Source of the DNA: an uncultured delta proteobacterium
GTDB taxonomy: Bacteria > Myxococcota_A > Polyangia > Fen-1088
Assembly: GCA_963796685.1 (NCBI GenBank)
Contig: CAWCMR010000008.1
Span: 480,001-544,000 of the forward strand
DNA length: 64,000 nucleotides
Direction: 5' to 3'
Shown here: piece after piece, positions 1 through 9,273 of the stretch
Layout: each line of letters starts with the position of its first letter
Numbering within the stretch: position 1 is the first letter of the stretch
The notes under the pieces: generated by a model
Databases searched by the model: none
What the model saw: the letters and a program-made list of their open reading frames with translations, nothing else
Told to the model about the DNA's origin: nothing
Made by a program: the position numbers and the translations under genes

Positions 1-221
1 GTGAAAGGCTGCATGGCAAGGCCATGATGCGAGGTGGACCACAGACGGTAGAATTCCTCGTGGCAATCGCGGCATCGCGCCGACCCCGCATACCGCGCGG
101 TGGCCGCCTGCGACGGCGCCGCCGGGCTGCGCTGTTGCCGAGTGTGGAGGAACATCAGCAGGAGGGCTGCGGCCACGACGACCAGCAGCCCGGCGATCAC
201 GTACGTCCACCCACGCCGCAT
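1..221 (-). CDS. c-type cytochrome, probably multiheme (5' part; runs off window edge)
   Basis: Manual translation from ATG 221 (not in ORF track): MRRGWTYVIAGLLVVVAAALLLMF...YAGSARCRDCHEEFYRLWSTSHHGLAMQPF. It has a TM/signal segment, CxxCH, and a WxxSxHxxAM motif typical of cytochrome c554-type N-termini. Confidence 0.8.
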   Translation of the reverse strand, partial: MRRGWTYVIAGLLVVVAAALLLMFLHTRQQRSPAAPSQAATARYAGSARCRDCHEEFYRLWSTSHHGLAMQPF

Positions 222-356
222 GTTGCCGGGCGAGTGTCCGTCATGCCCGGTTTCGCTGTCAACCGCGGCCTTTCCGCGAAGAGCGGATGTCCCTACCGCC
301 ATGCCGGCTTGACCAGGCTCGATCCGTGCGCACTCTCTACAAGGGAGGATTTGGTG

Positions 357-626
357 ATGAAGGCAGAAGGGCAAGAGACGAAGGCACGGGCCACTCTTGA
401 CTTGTCGGACAGCAATCGAGAGTCGATGATAGCGGATGCGAACACCACGATGTCGCGTGCGGCAGAGTGCGCGGTTCGCCTCGACGTCGATCTCGACGGG
501 TTCATGCAGGCAGCACACGCGGCGTACATGCAGGCCAATCCGGCCGAGCGTGAACGTCTCGAGGCGATGCACTTGCTGGCCTATTTCGATGATTTGCGCC
601 GCCGGGGGGCGCTCGCCAAGGCCTGA
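357..626 (+). CDS. small hypothetical helical protein (~89 aa)
   Basis: GGGAGGA SD upstream of GTG/ATG 354/357; protein-like composition; stops about 80 nt upstream of tal. Confidence 0.65.
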   Translation: MKAEGQETKARATLDLSDSNRESMIADANTTMSRAAECAVRLDVDLDGFMQAAHAAYMQANPAERERLEAMHLLAYFDDLRRRGALAKA

Positions 627-703
627 GCCCGATCGCACATAAGTGCGTGCGTGGACACGCGCTGGCGGGCAGACTTGACAGGAGTCGAGGCAAGGAGGTC
701 GCC

Positions 704-1672
704 ATGACGCTGCTGGATTCGTTGAAGAAACACACCGTGGTCGTCGCCGATACCGGAGACATCGAGGCCATCGCCTTGCACAAGCCGCAAGATGCCACGA
801 CCAACCCGTCGCTCCTGCTCAAGGTCGCGCCGCTGCCGCCGTACCGCGCGCTGGTGGAAGAGGCGGTCCACTATGCCCGGACGCAACCTGGCGAGGAAGC
901 GCGCCGAAGGTCGGCTTTCCTGGAAAAGTTGGCGGTCAATTTCGGTTGCGAGATCCTGAAGATCGTTCCCGGCCGCGTCTCGACCGAGGTCGACGCGTCC
1001 TTCTCGTTCGACACCGAGGGCACCATCGCCAAGGCCCGCAACTTCATCGACCTCTACCGCAAGGCGGGCGTCGCCAGGGAGCGCATCCTCATCAAGGTCG
1101 GCACGACCTGGGAAGGCATCCGCGCTGCCGAGCAGCTGGAGAAGGAAGGCATCCACTGCAACATGACCCTGCTTTTCTCGTTCGCGCAGGCGGTGGCGGC
1201 GGCCGAGGCGAAGGTCACGCTCATCTCTCCCTTCGTGGGACGCATCTACGATTACTATCTCAAGGAGCGCGGGGTGCACGACATCCCGCCCGAACAGGAT
1301 CCGGGCGTGGCTTCGGTCGTGCGCATCTACAACCACTACAAGAAGTTCGACTACAAGACGCAGGTGATGGGCGCGAGCTTCCGCAAGACCGAGCAGGTGA
1401 TGGCGCTCGCCGGGTGCGATCTGCTCACCATCAGCCCCGACATCCTCGCCGATCTGGAAAAGCGTGAAGGCGAGTTGCCGCGCCGTCTGTCCCCGGCGTC
1501 GGCCATGGCCAGCGATGCGACCCCCCTTCATCTGGACGAGAAGAGCTACCGCTTCTTGCACAACCAAGACGCCATGGCCGTGGACAAGCTCTCCGACGGA
1601 ATTCGCCACTTCTACGCGGACGCGCGCAAGCTCGAGGCCTGGGCCGCGGAGTTTCTCGCCAAGGTGGCGTAG
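704..1672 (+). CDS. tal: transaldolase
   Basis: VVADTGD, DATTNPSL, GRVSTEVD, ILIK, CNMTLLFS, ISPFVGRI and VMGASFR motifs; AAGGAGG SD. Confidence 0.97.
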   Translation: MTLLDSLKKHTVVVADTGDIEAIALHKPQDATTNPSLLLKVAPLPPYRALVEEAVHYARTQPGEEARRRSAFLEKLAVNFGCEILKIVPGRVSTEVDASFSFDTEGTIAKARNFIDLYRKAGVARERILIKVGTTWEGIRAAEQLEKEGIHCNMTLLFSFAQAVAAAEAKVTLISPFVGRIYDYYLKERGVHDIPPEQDPGVASVVRIYNHYKKFDYKTQVMGASFRKTEQVMALAGCDLLTISPDILADLEKREGELPRRLSPASAMASDATPLHLDEKSYRFLHNQDAMAVDKLSDGIRHFYADARKLEAWAAEFLAKVA

Positions 1673-1822
1673 CCGCAGACGGTGCTCGCCTGCTGTCGTC
1701 CGGGCGCCCCCGTTATCCGGTCAACAAAGATTGCCCTCGCGGTGTTGTTGTGATTAACCGATGATGAACATCGGCCGCAAAACCCGACCAGGCGGAGTCG
1801 GGACACACGGAGGGATCGATCC

Positions 1823-2738
1823 ATGCGCTATCCTATTCAACTCTTCTCGACATTCATGGCTTGTCTTTCGCTCACGTCGCCGGCGGGTGCCCAGACCACG
1901 ACCTCCGAAGAGCCGGCGCGCTCGCAGTCTCCCCTTCCGGGCATCGAGACCCCTCCTCCGACCAATCCGCCCTCGCCGTCACCAAAGCCCCCGGAAGAGG
2001 CACCTTTGCCCGCACCAACCGGGCCGGCCGCTCCCGTCGCGCCCGTAAGGTTCGAGACGGTATCGGCCACACCTCAGCCTGGCGCCGCAGAGCCCGCCGA
2101 CTCCGCAGCCCGCTGTGGCTCTCAGGTCGCGACCCCACGACTGCTCGGGCGATCGGATTCGCAACGGTTTCTACATGCGGATCGGCAGCGGGTTGGGCGA
2201 CGTGCACATGGCCGGCAACGGTCCCAAAGGGACAGCGTCCTTGTCCGGTTTGGGGTCCAATGAATTGATTGCGCTTGGCGGGAGCATCGTGCGCGGATTG
2301 GTCCTGGCAGGCGCCATTCAAGGTTCCAGCATCACCACGACTTTCACCGGCGGCCCCTTTGTGGACGAAAAGGTGACGTCCAATGGAGGGTCACTGACTG
2401 CTTCGCCCAAGGCCGATGCCAGCTTCTCGGCGCTCGGTCTGCTGGTTGACTGGTACCCCGATCCTTCCGACGGCTGGCATGTCGGTCTTACCGCGGGCGT
2501 TGGCTTCACCAGCATCAAAAATCACGCGGATGACAGCGTGATGACCGGCACGAGCACCGCCGGCAACGTCTTTGGCGGGTACGACTGGGCCATCGGTCCG
2601 CAGTGGTCCATCGGGCTCGCGCTCGTGGCGGGTGGCGCCCTATCCGCCTCGATGAAGGATTCATCGCAGCAACCCGACACCGGCTATCGCCTGAGGTCCT
2701 ATTCCCTGGGACTCTCGGCATCCTTTCTCTATTTTTGA
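1823..2738 (+). pseudogene. secreted Pro-rich / putative outer-membrane beta-barrel protein, frameshifted between ~2049 and 2160
   Basis: The signal peptide and Pro-rich linker are in ORF 1823. The barrel-like part (GFYMRIG...SASFLYF, C-terminal aromatic) is in the +1 frame. It resembles the intact gene at 36757 (HDGFYMR). Confidence 0.7.
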
Positions 2739-4048
2739 GCTGGGGCCGAGCTCGGCACCCCTGCCCATTGCCGCAGCCTATCGCTGACACGCTCGAGGTA
2801 CCCGTCGCCGCGCACGACCTCTTCGTAGTTCGGAACCGTGCCAACCCACCTGCCCAACCGGACGTTCGGCGCATGCGTGAGGTACAGCGTGGGCAGGCCC
2901 ATCAGCGCGGGGCCGTCCATGCCCGCGGTGGTGACCCCGAGCTGGCCGACCAGACCGTGCTCCGCCTTCAGATGCTCGAAGAGCTGGAGCTGCGCGCACC
3001 GCATGTCGGGGCCCTGGAAGATGGGCTCTTTCCAGAAGAGCGTCATGTCAACGCCGCCCAATGGTCTTTCGCCGTCACGGACAGCGTCACCCACCAGAAC
3101 CGGCAAGAGCTTGGCGGCCAGTGCTCGTCGAACAAGCTCGACCAGCTCGGGGTACGTCGTGTTTCGCGCGGGCTGGTGTGCGCCGTAGCGGACCCAGAGC
3201 AAGACCTTCCTACCCGCCGGTGCGCCGGCGAGCCTTCGAGCGACCCAAGCGAGGATCCGCTGCGGGATCGGCGCCTCGCCGAGGAACGCCGCCCGGACCT
3301 TGCGCCGCGCGGAGATCGGGTCGATGCCGAAGGCACGCGCGACGATCTCGGGTAGGTGCTTGTTCGCGCGCGGGCGGGAGCGATACGGCACCAGCCTGGA
3401 ACCGAGGCCGGCGTCGCGAAGGAACCGCTCCGCCTGCGCCGTCTGCGCCTCGCCCGGCTCGATCTGAATCGCGACGCCGGCAAGCACGGCGGCCGCCGCG
3501 AGGTACCAGCCTTCACCGAACGAGAAGCCCGGGTCCGCGTGGAAGGTGTAAGCGTCGTTTCGCTCGTCGACGAGTCGGCGCGCCTCGCGCGCCACCTCCT
3601 GCGCCACACGGGCTGCCGTCCACGCCGGCTTGCTGTCGAGCTCGGCGGCCACGCGCGCCGCCGCCAACGCCGACGCCTCCGCAACGGCGACGATCTCCTC
3701 GACCCGCCGCCAGCCATCGTCGCAGTCTTCGCACGTCGGGGCGCGCTGGGCGCCGAGCGAAAGCTGGCCCGCCCCGTGGCGAGCATCTCGCGCACGGGCG
3801 GCGTAGGCTTGGACCAGCGTGGAACGGGCGCCTGCCATCGTTTTCGCGTCCCCTCCCCCATTTTCGGCAGCGGCGAGGACGCGACTCGCGAGCTCGATGG
3901 CCTGCTCGAGCTGACAGCGAAGGCGCGCGCGCCCGCCGGGCAAGTGCAGCCTGGGCGTCTGAGCCAGCGCGTCGGCGAGAATGACCGCGGCCGCCCGCTC
4001 GCGAGCATGCTCATCGAGAATCGCCGCGAGGTCGGACGTCGCTGCCAC
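2729..4048 (-). CDS. hypothetical protein: helical N-terminus plus putative GT-B (GT9-like) C-terminal domain
   Basis: 439-aa ORF. C-terminal KVLLWVR...PVLVGD...GVTTAGMDGPALMGLPTLYL resembles the GxDSGxxHxAxAxGxP region of GT-B enzymes (inference). Confidence 0.65.
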   Translation of the reverse strand: MAATSDLAAILDEHARERAAAVILADALAQTPRLHLPGGRARLRCQLEQAIELASRVLAAAENGGGDAKTMAGARSTLVQAYAARARDARHGAGQLSLGAQRAPTCEDCDDGWRRVEEIVAVAEASALAAARVAAELDSKPAWTAARVAQEVAREARRLVDERNDAYTFHADPGFSFGEGWYLAAAAVLAGVAIQIEPGEAQTAQAERFLRDAGLGSRLVPYRSRPRANKHLPEIVARAFGIDPISARRKVRAAFLGEAPIPQRILAWVARRLAGAPAGRKVLLWVRYGAHQPARNTTYPELVELVRRALAAKLLPVLVGDAVRDGERPLGGVDMTLFWKEPIFQGPDMRCAQLQLFEHLKAEHGLVGQLGVTTAGMDGPALMGLPTLYLTHAPNVRLGRWVGTVPNYEEVVRGDGYLERVSDRLRQWAGVPSSAPAQK

Positions 4049-4176
4049 AGGCTCTCTCTACCGTCCCCGCGTCGGGCGGTCGAGCGTGGAATGCCGTCAG
4101 GAGGCAACTGGGAAAGACCTTGCGTCCGTGGAAGACTAGCTGCCGACGATACCCGACGAGGGGCAGGTCACGACCC

Positions 4177-6057
4177 GTGAAAGCACGACATCCTCCAAGA
4201 CCGCTCTGGGAGCGCGCCCGCGCCGCCCGGGCCGCTGGCCAAATCAAGGAGGCCGAGAGCCTCTATCGCCGGCTTCTCACCCGCAGCCCGGACCACCCGG
4301 ACGCCCTCTTCGACCTGAGCGTACTGCTGTTCGAATCGGGGCGCTTCCTGGAGTCGACCCGCATCCTCGAACGGCTGCTGGCGATCCGGGCGCACGAACC
4401 CGAGCTTCTCCCCGTGCTGCTCACCAACCTCGGCGAAGCCTATCGGCGAGAGGGCGACCTTGGACGGGCCGCCGCGGCTTTCGAACGTATCCTCGCCCTG
4501 GATCCCGCCTTTCCGGAGGCCCACCAGAATCTCGGCATCACGCTCATGGATGAAGGGAGACCGGGCGAGGCGCTGCCGCACCTCGAACGAGCCGTGGCGC
4601 TCCGTCCGGAGAGCGCGCCCTTTCATGTCAGCCTGGCCTGGGTGCTGTTACGGCTCGGGCGCGTGGAAGAATCGCTCGCGCACTGCCGGCGCGCCGCCGA
4701 GCTGGACCCGAACCAAGCCATGGCCCACCATCACCTGGCGAACGCGCTGGTCGAGCTGGGAGACCGGAAAGGCGCCATCCTGAGCTACCGGCGCGCCTTC
4801 AAGCTCGACCCGACGGACCACAACGCCCACAGCAACTTGATTCTCGTGGCGCTCACGGATCCCGGGTACGACGCCCACGCCCTGCTGGCCGAGGGCCGCC
4901 GTTGGGCGCGTTTGCATGCGGAGTCGATGCGACGCTACCGACGCCCTCACGACAACGACAAGAACCCCGACCGACCGCTACGAATCGCCTACGTCTCGCC
5001 TGACTTCCGCGCCCACCCACTGATTCAGTTTCTGACCCCGCTCTTGGCGAACCACGATCGGTCGTCCTTCGACATCTACCTCTATTCCTCGGTGGACCAC
5101 CCCGATCTCGCCACCGAGCAGGTCCGGACCTGGGCAGGGCCACGCTTCCGTGACATCCGGTACCTCGACGACATCGCTGCCGCCGAGCTGGTGCGCAAGG
5201 ATCGGATCGACATTCTCGTGGATCTCGCGCTGCACAGTGCCGGTGGCCGACTGCGGCTGTTCGCGTGCAAGCCCGCACCCGTGCAAATCACCTGGCTTGG
5301 CTATGCGGGCACCACCGGGCTCGACACCATCGACTACCGCATCACCGATCCCTACGTCGACCCGCCAGGAACCGACGGCAGTGTCTATTCCGAGGCCTGT
5401 CTGCACCTGCCCGAAACCTCGTGGTGCTACGACTCGCTCGAGCTCGATCTCCCCATCGGCCCCCTGCCCGCTCTCGCCGCAGGGGTCGTCACGTTCGGCT
5501 GCCAAAACAGCTACCGCAAGGTGCAACCAGGCGTGCTATCCCTTTGGGCGCGCGTGCTGCGTGAAACCCCGCGCTCTCGGCTGTTGCTCTACGCCGAGGA
5601 ACCAGGCCGGAAGGACACTTTGCACAGGCTGGCTGCGGAGGGCGTGACGGCAGAGCGCGTGGAATTCGTCGGGCGCGTCTCCCGGCGCGAATATCTCGAG
5701 CGCTATCAGCGCATCGACATCGGACTCGACACCTTCCCGTTCACGGGGGCGACCACCAGCCTCGATGCACTCTGGATGGGCGTTCCAGTCGTGACCATGA
5801 CGGGCGGCACGTCCTTGCACCGGGCGGGTACGTGCCTCGCCATGAACCTCGGGCTGCCCGAGCTCGTCGCCGGCTCCGAGCACGAGCTCGTGGCCAAGGC
5901 CGTCGCGCTCGCGGGCGACCTGCCCCGCCTCGCCCAATTGCGCGTCGAGCTTCGTCCCCGGCTCGAAGCATCCCCCCTCGCGGATGCACCGCGCTTCGCA
6001 CGCCACCTCGAGGCGGCGTTTCGCACGGCTTGGCGACGGTACTGTGCGGGCGCTTGA
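4177..6057 (+). CDS. TPR-repeat O-linked glycosyltransferase, SPINDLY/GT41 family
   Basis: Multiple TPRs, then RPLRIAYVSPDFRAHP, DILVDL, KPAPVQITWLGYAGTTG, DIGLDTFPFTGATTSLDALWMGVPVVT. Confidence 0.93.
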   Translation: MKARHPPRPLWERARAARAAGQIKEAESLYRRLLTRSPDHPDALFDLSVLLFESGRFLESTRILERLLAIRAHEPELLPVLLTNLGEAYRREGDLGRAAAAFERILALDPAFPEAHQNLGITLMDEGRPGEALPHLERAVALRPESAPFHVSLAWVLLRLGRVEESLAHCRRAAELDPNQAMAHHHLANALVELGDRKGAILSYRRAFKLDPTDHNAHSNLILVALTDPGYDAHALLAEGRRWARLHAESMRRYRRPHDNDKNPDRPLRIAYVSPDFRAHPLIQFLTPLLANHDRSSFDIYLYSSVDHPDLATEQVRTWAGPRFRDIRYLDDIAAAELVRKDRIDILVDLALHSAGGRLRLFACKPAPVQITWLGYAGTTGLDTIDYRITDPYVDPPGTDGSVYSEACLHLPETSWCYDSLELDLPIGPLPALAAGVVTFGCQNSYRKVQPGVLSLWARVLRETPRSRLLLYAEEPGRKDTLHRLAAEGVTAERVEFVGRVSRREYLERYQRIDIGLDTFPFTGATTSLDALWMGVPVVTMTGGTSLHRAGTCLAMNLGLPELVAGSEHELVAKAVALAGDLPRLAQLRVELRPRLEASPLADAPRFARHLEAAFRTAWRRYCAGA

Positions 6058-6125
6058 CCCGGAGCGATTCGCCTGCAACCCGCGCACTGCGCCCCGCCTC
6101 TAACGAGAGAAGGAACCTGTCGCCC

Positions 6126-6989
6126 ATGCCAAGCTCAAGGAGGACCGCTCGCACGCCGGATGTCACTCCCGCCATGATTGTCTTGCTTGTCCTGCCCCTC
6201 GCCTGCTCACCGGGCACCCTTGGCCATGGAGCAGGCTCGGATGGCGGTGCGCCCGGACGCGACGACGCCTCCCCTGCCGACGATGCGTTGGACGGAATCA
6301 GCGACGTCGACGGAATGGCGTCCGGCGACGATTTGCTTTTCGTGCCCGTCGGCCTGTCCGACATCAGCGGCGATGGGACGGACCGGGGGCTGACGCTGGT
6401 GGCGTTCACGCTCGTGCAGGACGCAACCGGCCTCAAGCTCTTCGCCGCGGTCAAAAACGAATCGGATACGCCATCCTGCGAGGCCGGCATGACGACCGAT
6501 TTCGTCGACAAGGCCGGCAACGTCGTGACCAGCTCGGGCAGCGTCTTGCTGAGCGGAAAGCTCTATCAATTGACCGACGGAACGATCATTTCATGCATCG
6601 ACCCGGGCCAGGTCGCCATGACCGCCTCGACCGATCTTCCGAGCTCGATGACGATCGACCAGCTGGGGTACCTGAGGCACCTGTTTCCGGCCTTCACGGT
6701 AGCCGGCGTCGTTCCCATTCCCGGGCTCTCGGTAAGCGACGTGCAAACCGTCGCGACCGACGCGGGGACTGCGTACATGGGCAAAGTCACCAATGGGCTC
6801 GGCTTGACCGTCAGCGCTCCCTCGGTGACCATCTTTCCGGTGAATCGCGTTGGCCGGCCGCTCGGCGCAGCGACCAGCAGCACGACTTCCGACCTTCCAC
6901 ACGGTAGCACTTGGACCTTCACGACCAACGCCGTGGACGATCCCGGCGTCGACTACGCCGCGTACCCGACTGCATCGATCCCGCAGTAA
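6126..6989 (+). CDS. putative lipoprotein, two beta-rich (FxLYD-like) domains
   Basis: Lipobox LPLAC, acidic DGG/DAS linker, repeated AVKN/KVTN beta-sandwich-like segments. Confidence 0.7.
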   Translation: MPSSRRTARTPDVTPAMIVLLVLPLACSPGTLGHGAGSDGGAPGRDDASPADDALDGISDVDGMASGDDLLFVPVGLSDISGDGTDRGLTLVAFTLVQDATGLKLFAAVKNESDTPSCEAGMTTDFVDKAGNVVTSSGSVLLSGKLYQLTDGTIISCIDPGQVAMTASTDLPSSMTIDQLGYLRHLFPAFTVAGVVPIPGLSVSDVQTVATDAGTAYMGKVTNGLGLTVSAPSVTIFPVNRVGRPLGAATSSTTSDLPHGSTWTFTTNAVDDPGVDYAAYPTASIPQ

Positions 6990-7060
6990 CCCGGCCGCGC
7001 GAAGCGCGGGGGGGCAGGGTGGGAGGCAGGTGCCGAGCCTCCCAGGGTTCCCATCTTATC

Positions 7061-7630
7061 TTACTGTTCTGGCGCCCCGTTTTCGATCCACTGCCAAACA
7101 CCGTCGAGGTAGTCCTGGGGCGTGCAGGTATCCACGCACCCGAGCGGCATCTGGGGAAGGGAGGGCCCACATTGACCTTCTTGAGCGAGGTAGAAGGCGC
7201 TCTGGTCCGGTGAGCCAGGCTTGACGAGGACGCGATCTCCACAGAACGTCGATACGTAGGTCGTGAGCGTCGTATAGAGCTCCGTGTCGGAAATCCCCAC
7301 CAGGGTCGGCGCTGTGCCGCCGTTGTGGCAGCCCGAGCCCCCACACTTGGCCTGAACAATCTCTCCGACGGTGGCGAAGTTTGCATACTGCGAGCTGCCG
7401 CCGCCTGCTCCGGAATTGCCTCCACCCGACGATGTACCGCCAGCGCCAGTGTTTCCGCCACTTCCCACACTCCCGCCACTTTCCGATCCACTGCGCGCGT
7501 ATTCAGTGCCAGGGGCGCTAGGGGTACGCTCCACCAGGCAGCTCCCGGTCTGGGCCAACAACGCAAAGGCAGCCGACGTTCCCGCAAGGACAACGACGCT
7601 GCCCTTTACCTTCAAGAGAACTGCACGCAT
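7061..7630 (-). CDS. exported protein with Gly-rich linker and Cx4CH putative heme-c domain
   Basis: Signal-like N-terminus with Cys; CGGSGCH; VKPGSPDQS, QMP and WIENGA resemble planctomycete cytochrome c-type domains. Confidence 0.7.
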   Translation of the reverse strand: MRAVLLKVKGSVVVLAGTSAAFALLAQTGSCLVERTPSAPGTEYARSGSESGGSVGSGGNTGAGGTSSGGGNSGAGGGSSQYANFATVGEIVQAKCGGSGCHNGGTAPTLVGISDTELYTTLTTYVSTFCGDRVLVKPGSPDQSAFYLAQEGQCGPSLPQMPLGCVDTCTPQDYLDGVWQWIENGAPEQ

Positions 7631-7664
7631 ACCACGCGAACCACCTACTCGGCACGCATAGCGG

Positions 7665-9258
7665 TCAGCTGCTCGCCTTCAGCTCCGTGTACTCCCCCGG
7701 GCTCTTGATTTGGGCAGGCTGGGTGCCCCCCCCGGTGAAAAGGCTGCTGTCGTCGTACTTGCCATACTTGGTCACCGGTTGCGTGCCACCCTTCACCGGA
7801 AACCCGGTACTATCGGCCATGACGCCGATGGCGTTCATCAGGTTGCAGAAGTACTTGTTGATGGGCTTCGAAGCCACCGTCGGCGGCATGGTGCCGGCGT
7901 TGTCCAGGTTGGGAAGGGTCGAGCCGTTCTGACAGTCGCCGTCGCTGTTCCCGACGCTCATGTTGGTCGTGGCCCCGTCGACGTTGATGGCCCAGCCCGT
8001 CTTGAAGTAGCCCCCACAGCTCCCGGCCTGGAGGATCGGCAGGTTATTGAGGTTGTGGCTGTCGCCGTCCGACATTTCGTTGAACCAGACGGTGGCAGTG
8101 TGGTCGAGCAGGGTACCGTCGCCTTCCGCAAAGCCGTCGAGCTTCCCGACCAGATAGGCAAATTGCTGTGCGTACCAGACATCGATGGCGTGCAACATAT
8201 CCATCACGCCGTTCACGCATGCACCCCCCATGTTGGCACTGCCAATGCGGTGGGAGAGGCCGTGTGACTCCGAGGTCTGGTTCAAGAATTTGAAGGTGTA
8301 GTTCGGCGGCATCTTCATGAAGATCACCCGGTTGGCATCGCAGATGGCCGTAAGCACTGCCAGGTCCATCATGATGGGTCCGACCTGCGAGATGTCCGCT
8401 GACAGGCCGCCGCTCCCTTGGACGGACGAGCTGGTCAAACCGAGCTGCGTCGCGGTGTCCGAGCTGCACTGGGACGATACCGCCTGCGTCGTCTGGTGAA
8501 GAAGCTGAGCCCAAGCATCCAGTTTCTGCTGGTCGGCCGAGCTGCATGGGCACCCTCTTCAGATTGGCCAGGTCGTCCTTGACGATGTCAATGATGCTGT
8601 TGCCGCGAGCAACCTTGTAGGTATCCGACGACACGGGTCCCTTGCCGAAGAGGTTGGTGAGGCTGCTGTAGATTTGCTGAGGCGACCCGTACCCAGGGTT
8701 GATCGTGTTGGCCGCGCTGTACGAGATGACCGCTTGGGTGTTGCTCGCGCTGCCGGAGACGCCGCCGATCTGCATGAAGAGCGGCGCACCACCACTCGGA
8801 TTGACCTGCTCGGCGCACACGAAATCCAGCGACCGGTCGGTGGGGGTCGCGTTGAACTTGCCACTGTCGGGTGTCACCGGCTGGCAGGTGAAGTACGAGC
8901 CACAAACCTGCGTGTGCGGGTCGGTCGTCTGGCCCAAGGTACCCTGGAAGCTCCACTCGTTCATGGCCCGCATACCGCGAACCATCAGGAGCTTGCTGGC
9001 GTAGGGTGCCATGGCCGAGAGCGTCTGATTGTTCGTGTAATCGTCAGAGGACAGTTGGCCATGGGATAGCGCCGGGAACCATCGATCTGTCAGACAGCCG
9101 TAGTGGGTGAAGTACACAATCAGCCGCTTGGGAGGACTGGCGGTGGTCGACTGGGCCCTCGCGGAACGCTCCGCAATCGAGCTCAGGAAGGGAGCGGCGA
9201 CAATAGCTCCTCCGAGGCCGCGGAGTATTTGTCTTCGACTCATCACTTTCGTACTCAT
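7665..9258 (-). pseudogene. DUF1552 (HXXSHH-type) Tat-exported protein, 1-bp frameshift at ~8544
   Basis: MSRRQILRG Tat motif, KRLIV, SLD, HGLSH, GTLLD, NLPILQAG. Removing one base at 8544 joins ...KRVPM to SSADQQKLDAW... Confidence 0.85.
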
Positions 9259-9273
9259 GTTCGCTCTCTCCTA

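Noticed and set aside
6995-7043. Two GC hairpins between convergent genes
   Set aside because: Likely ordinary terminator-like structures; no U-tract, so not called.
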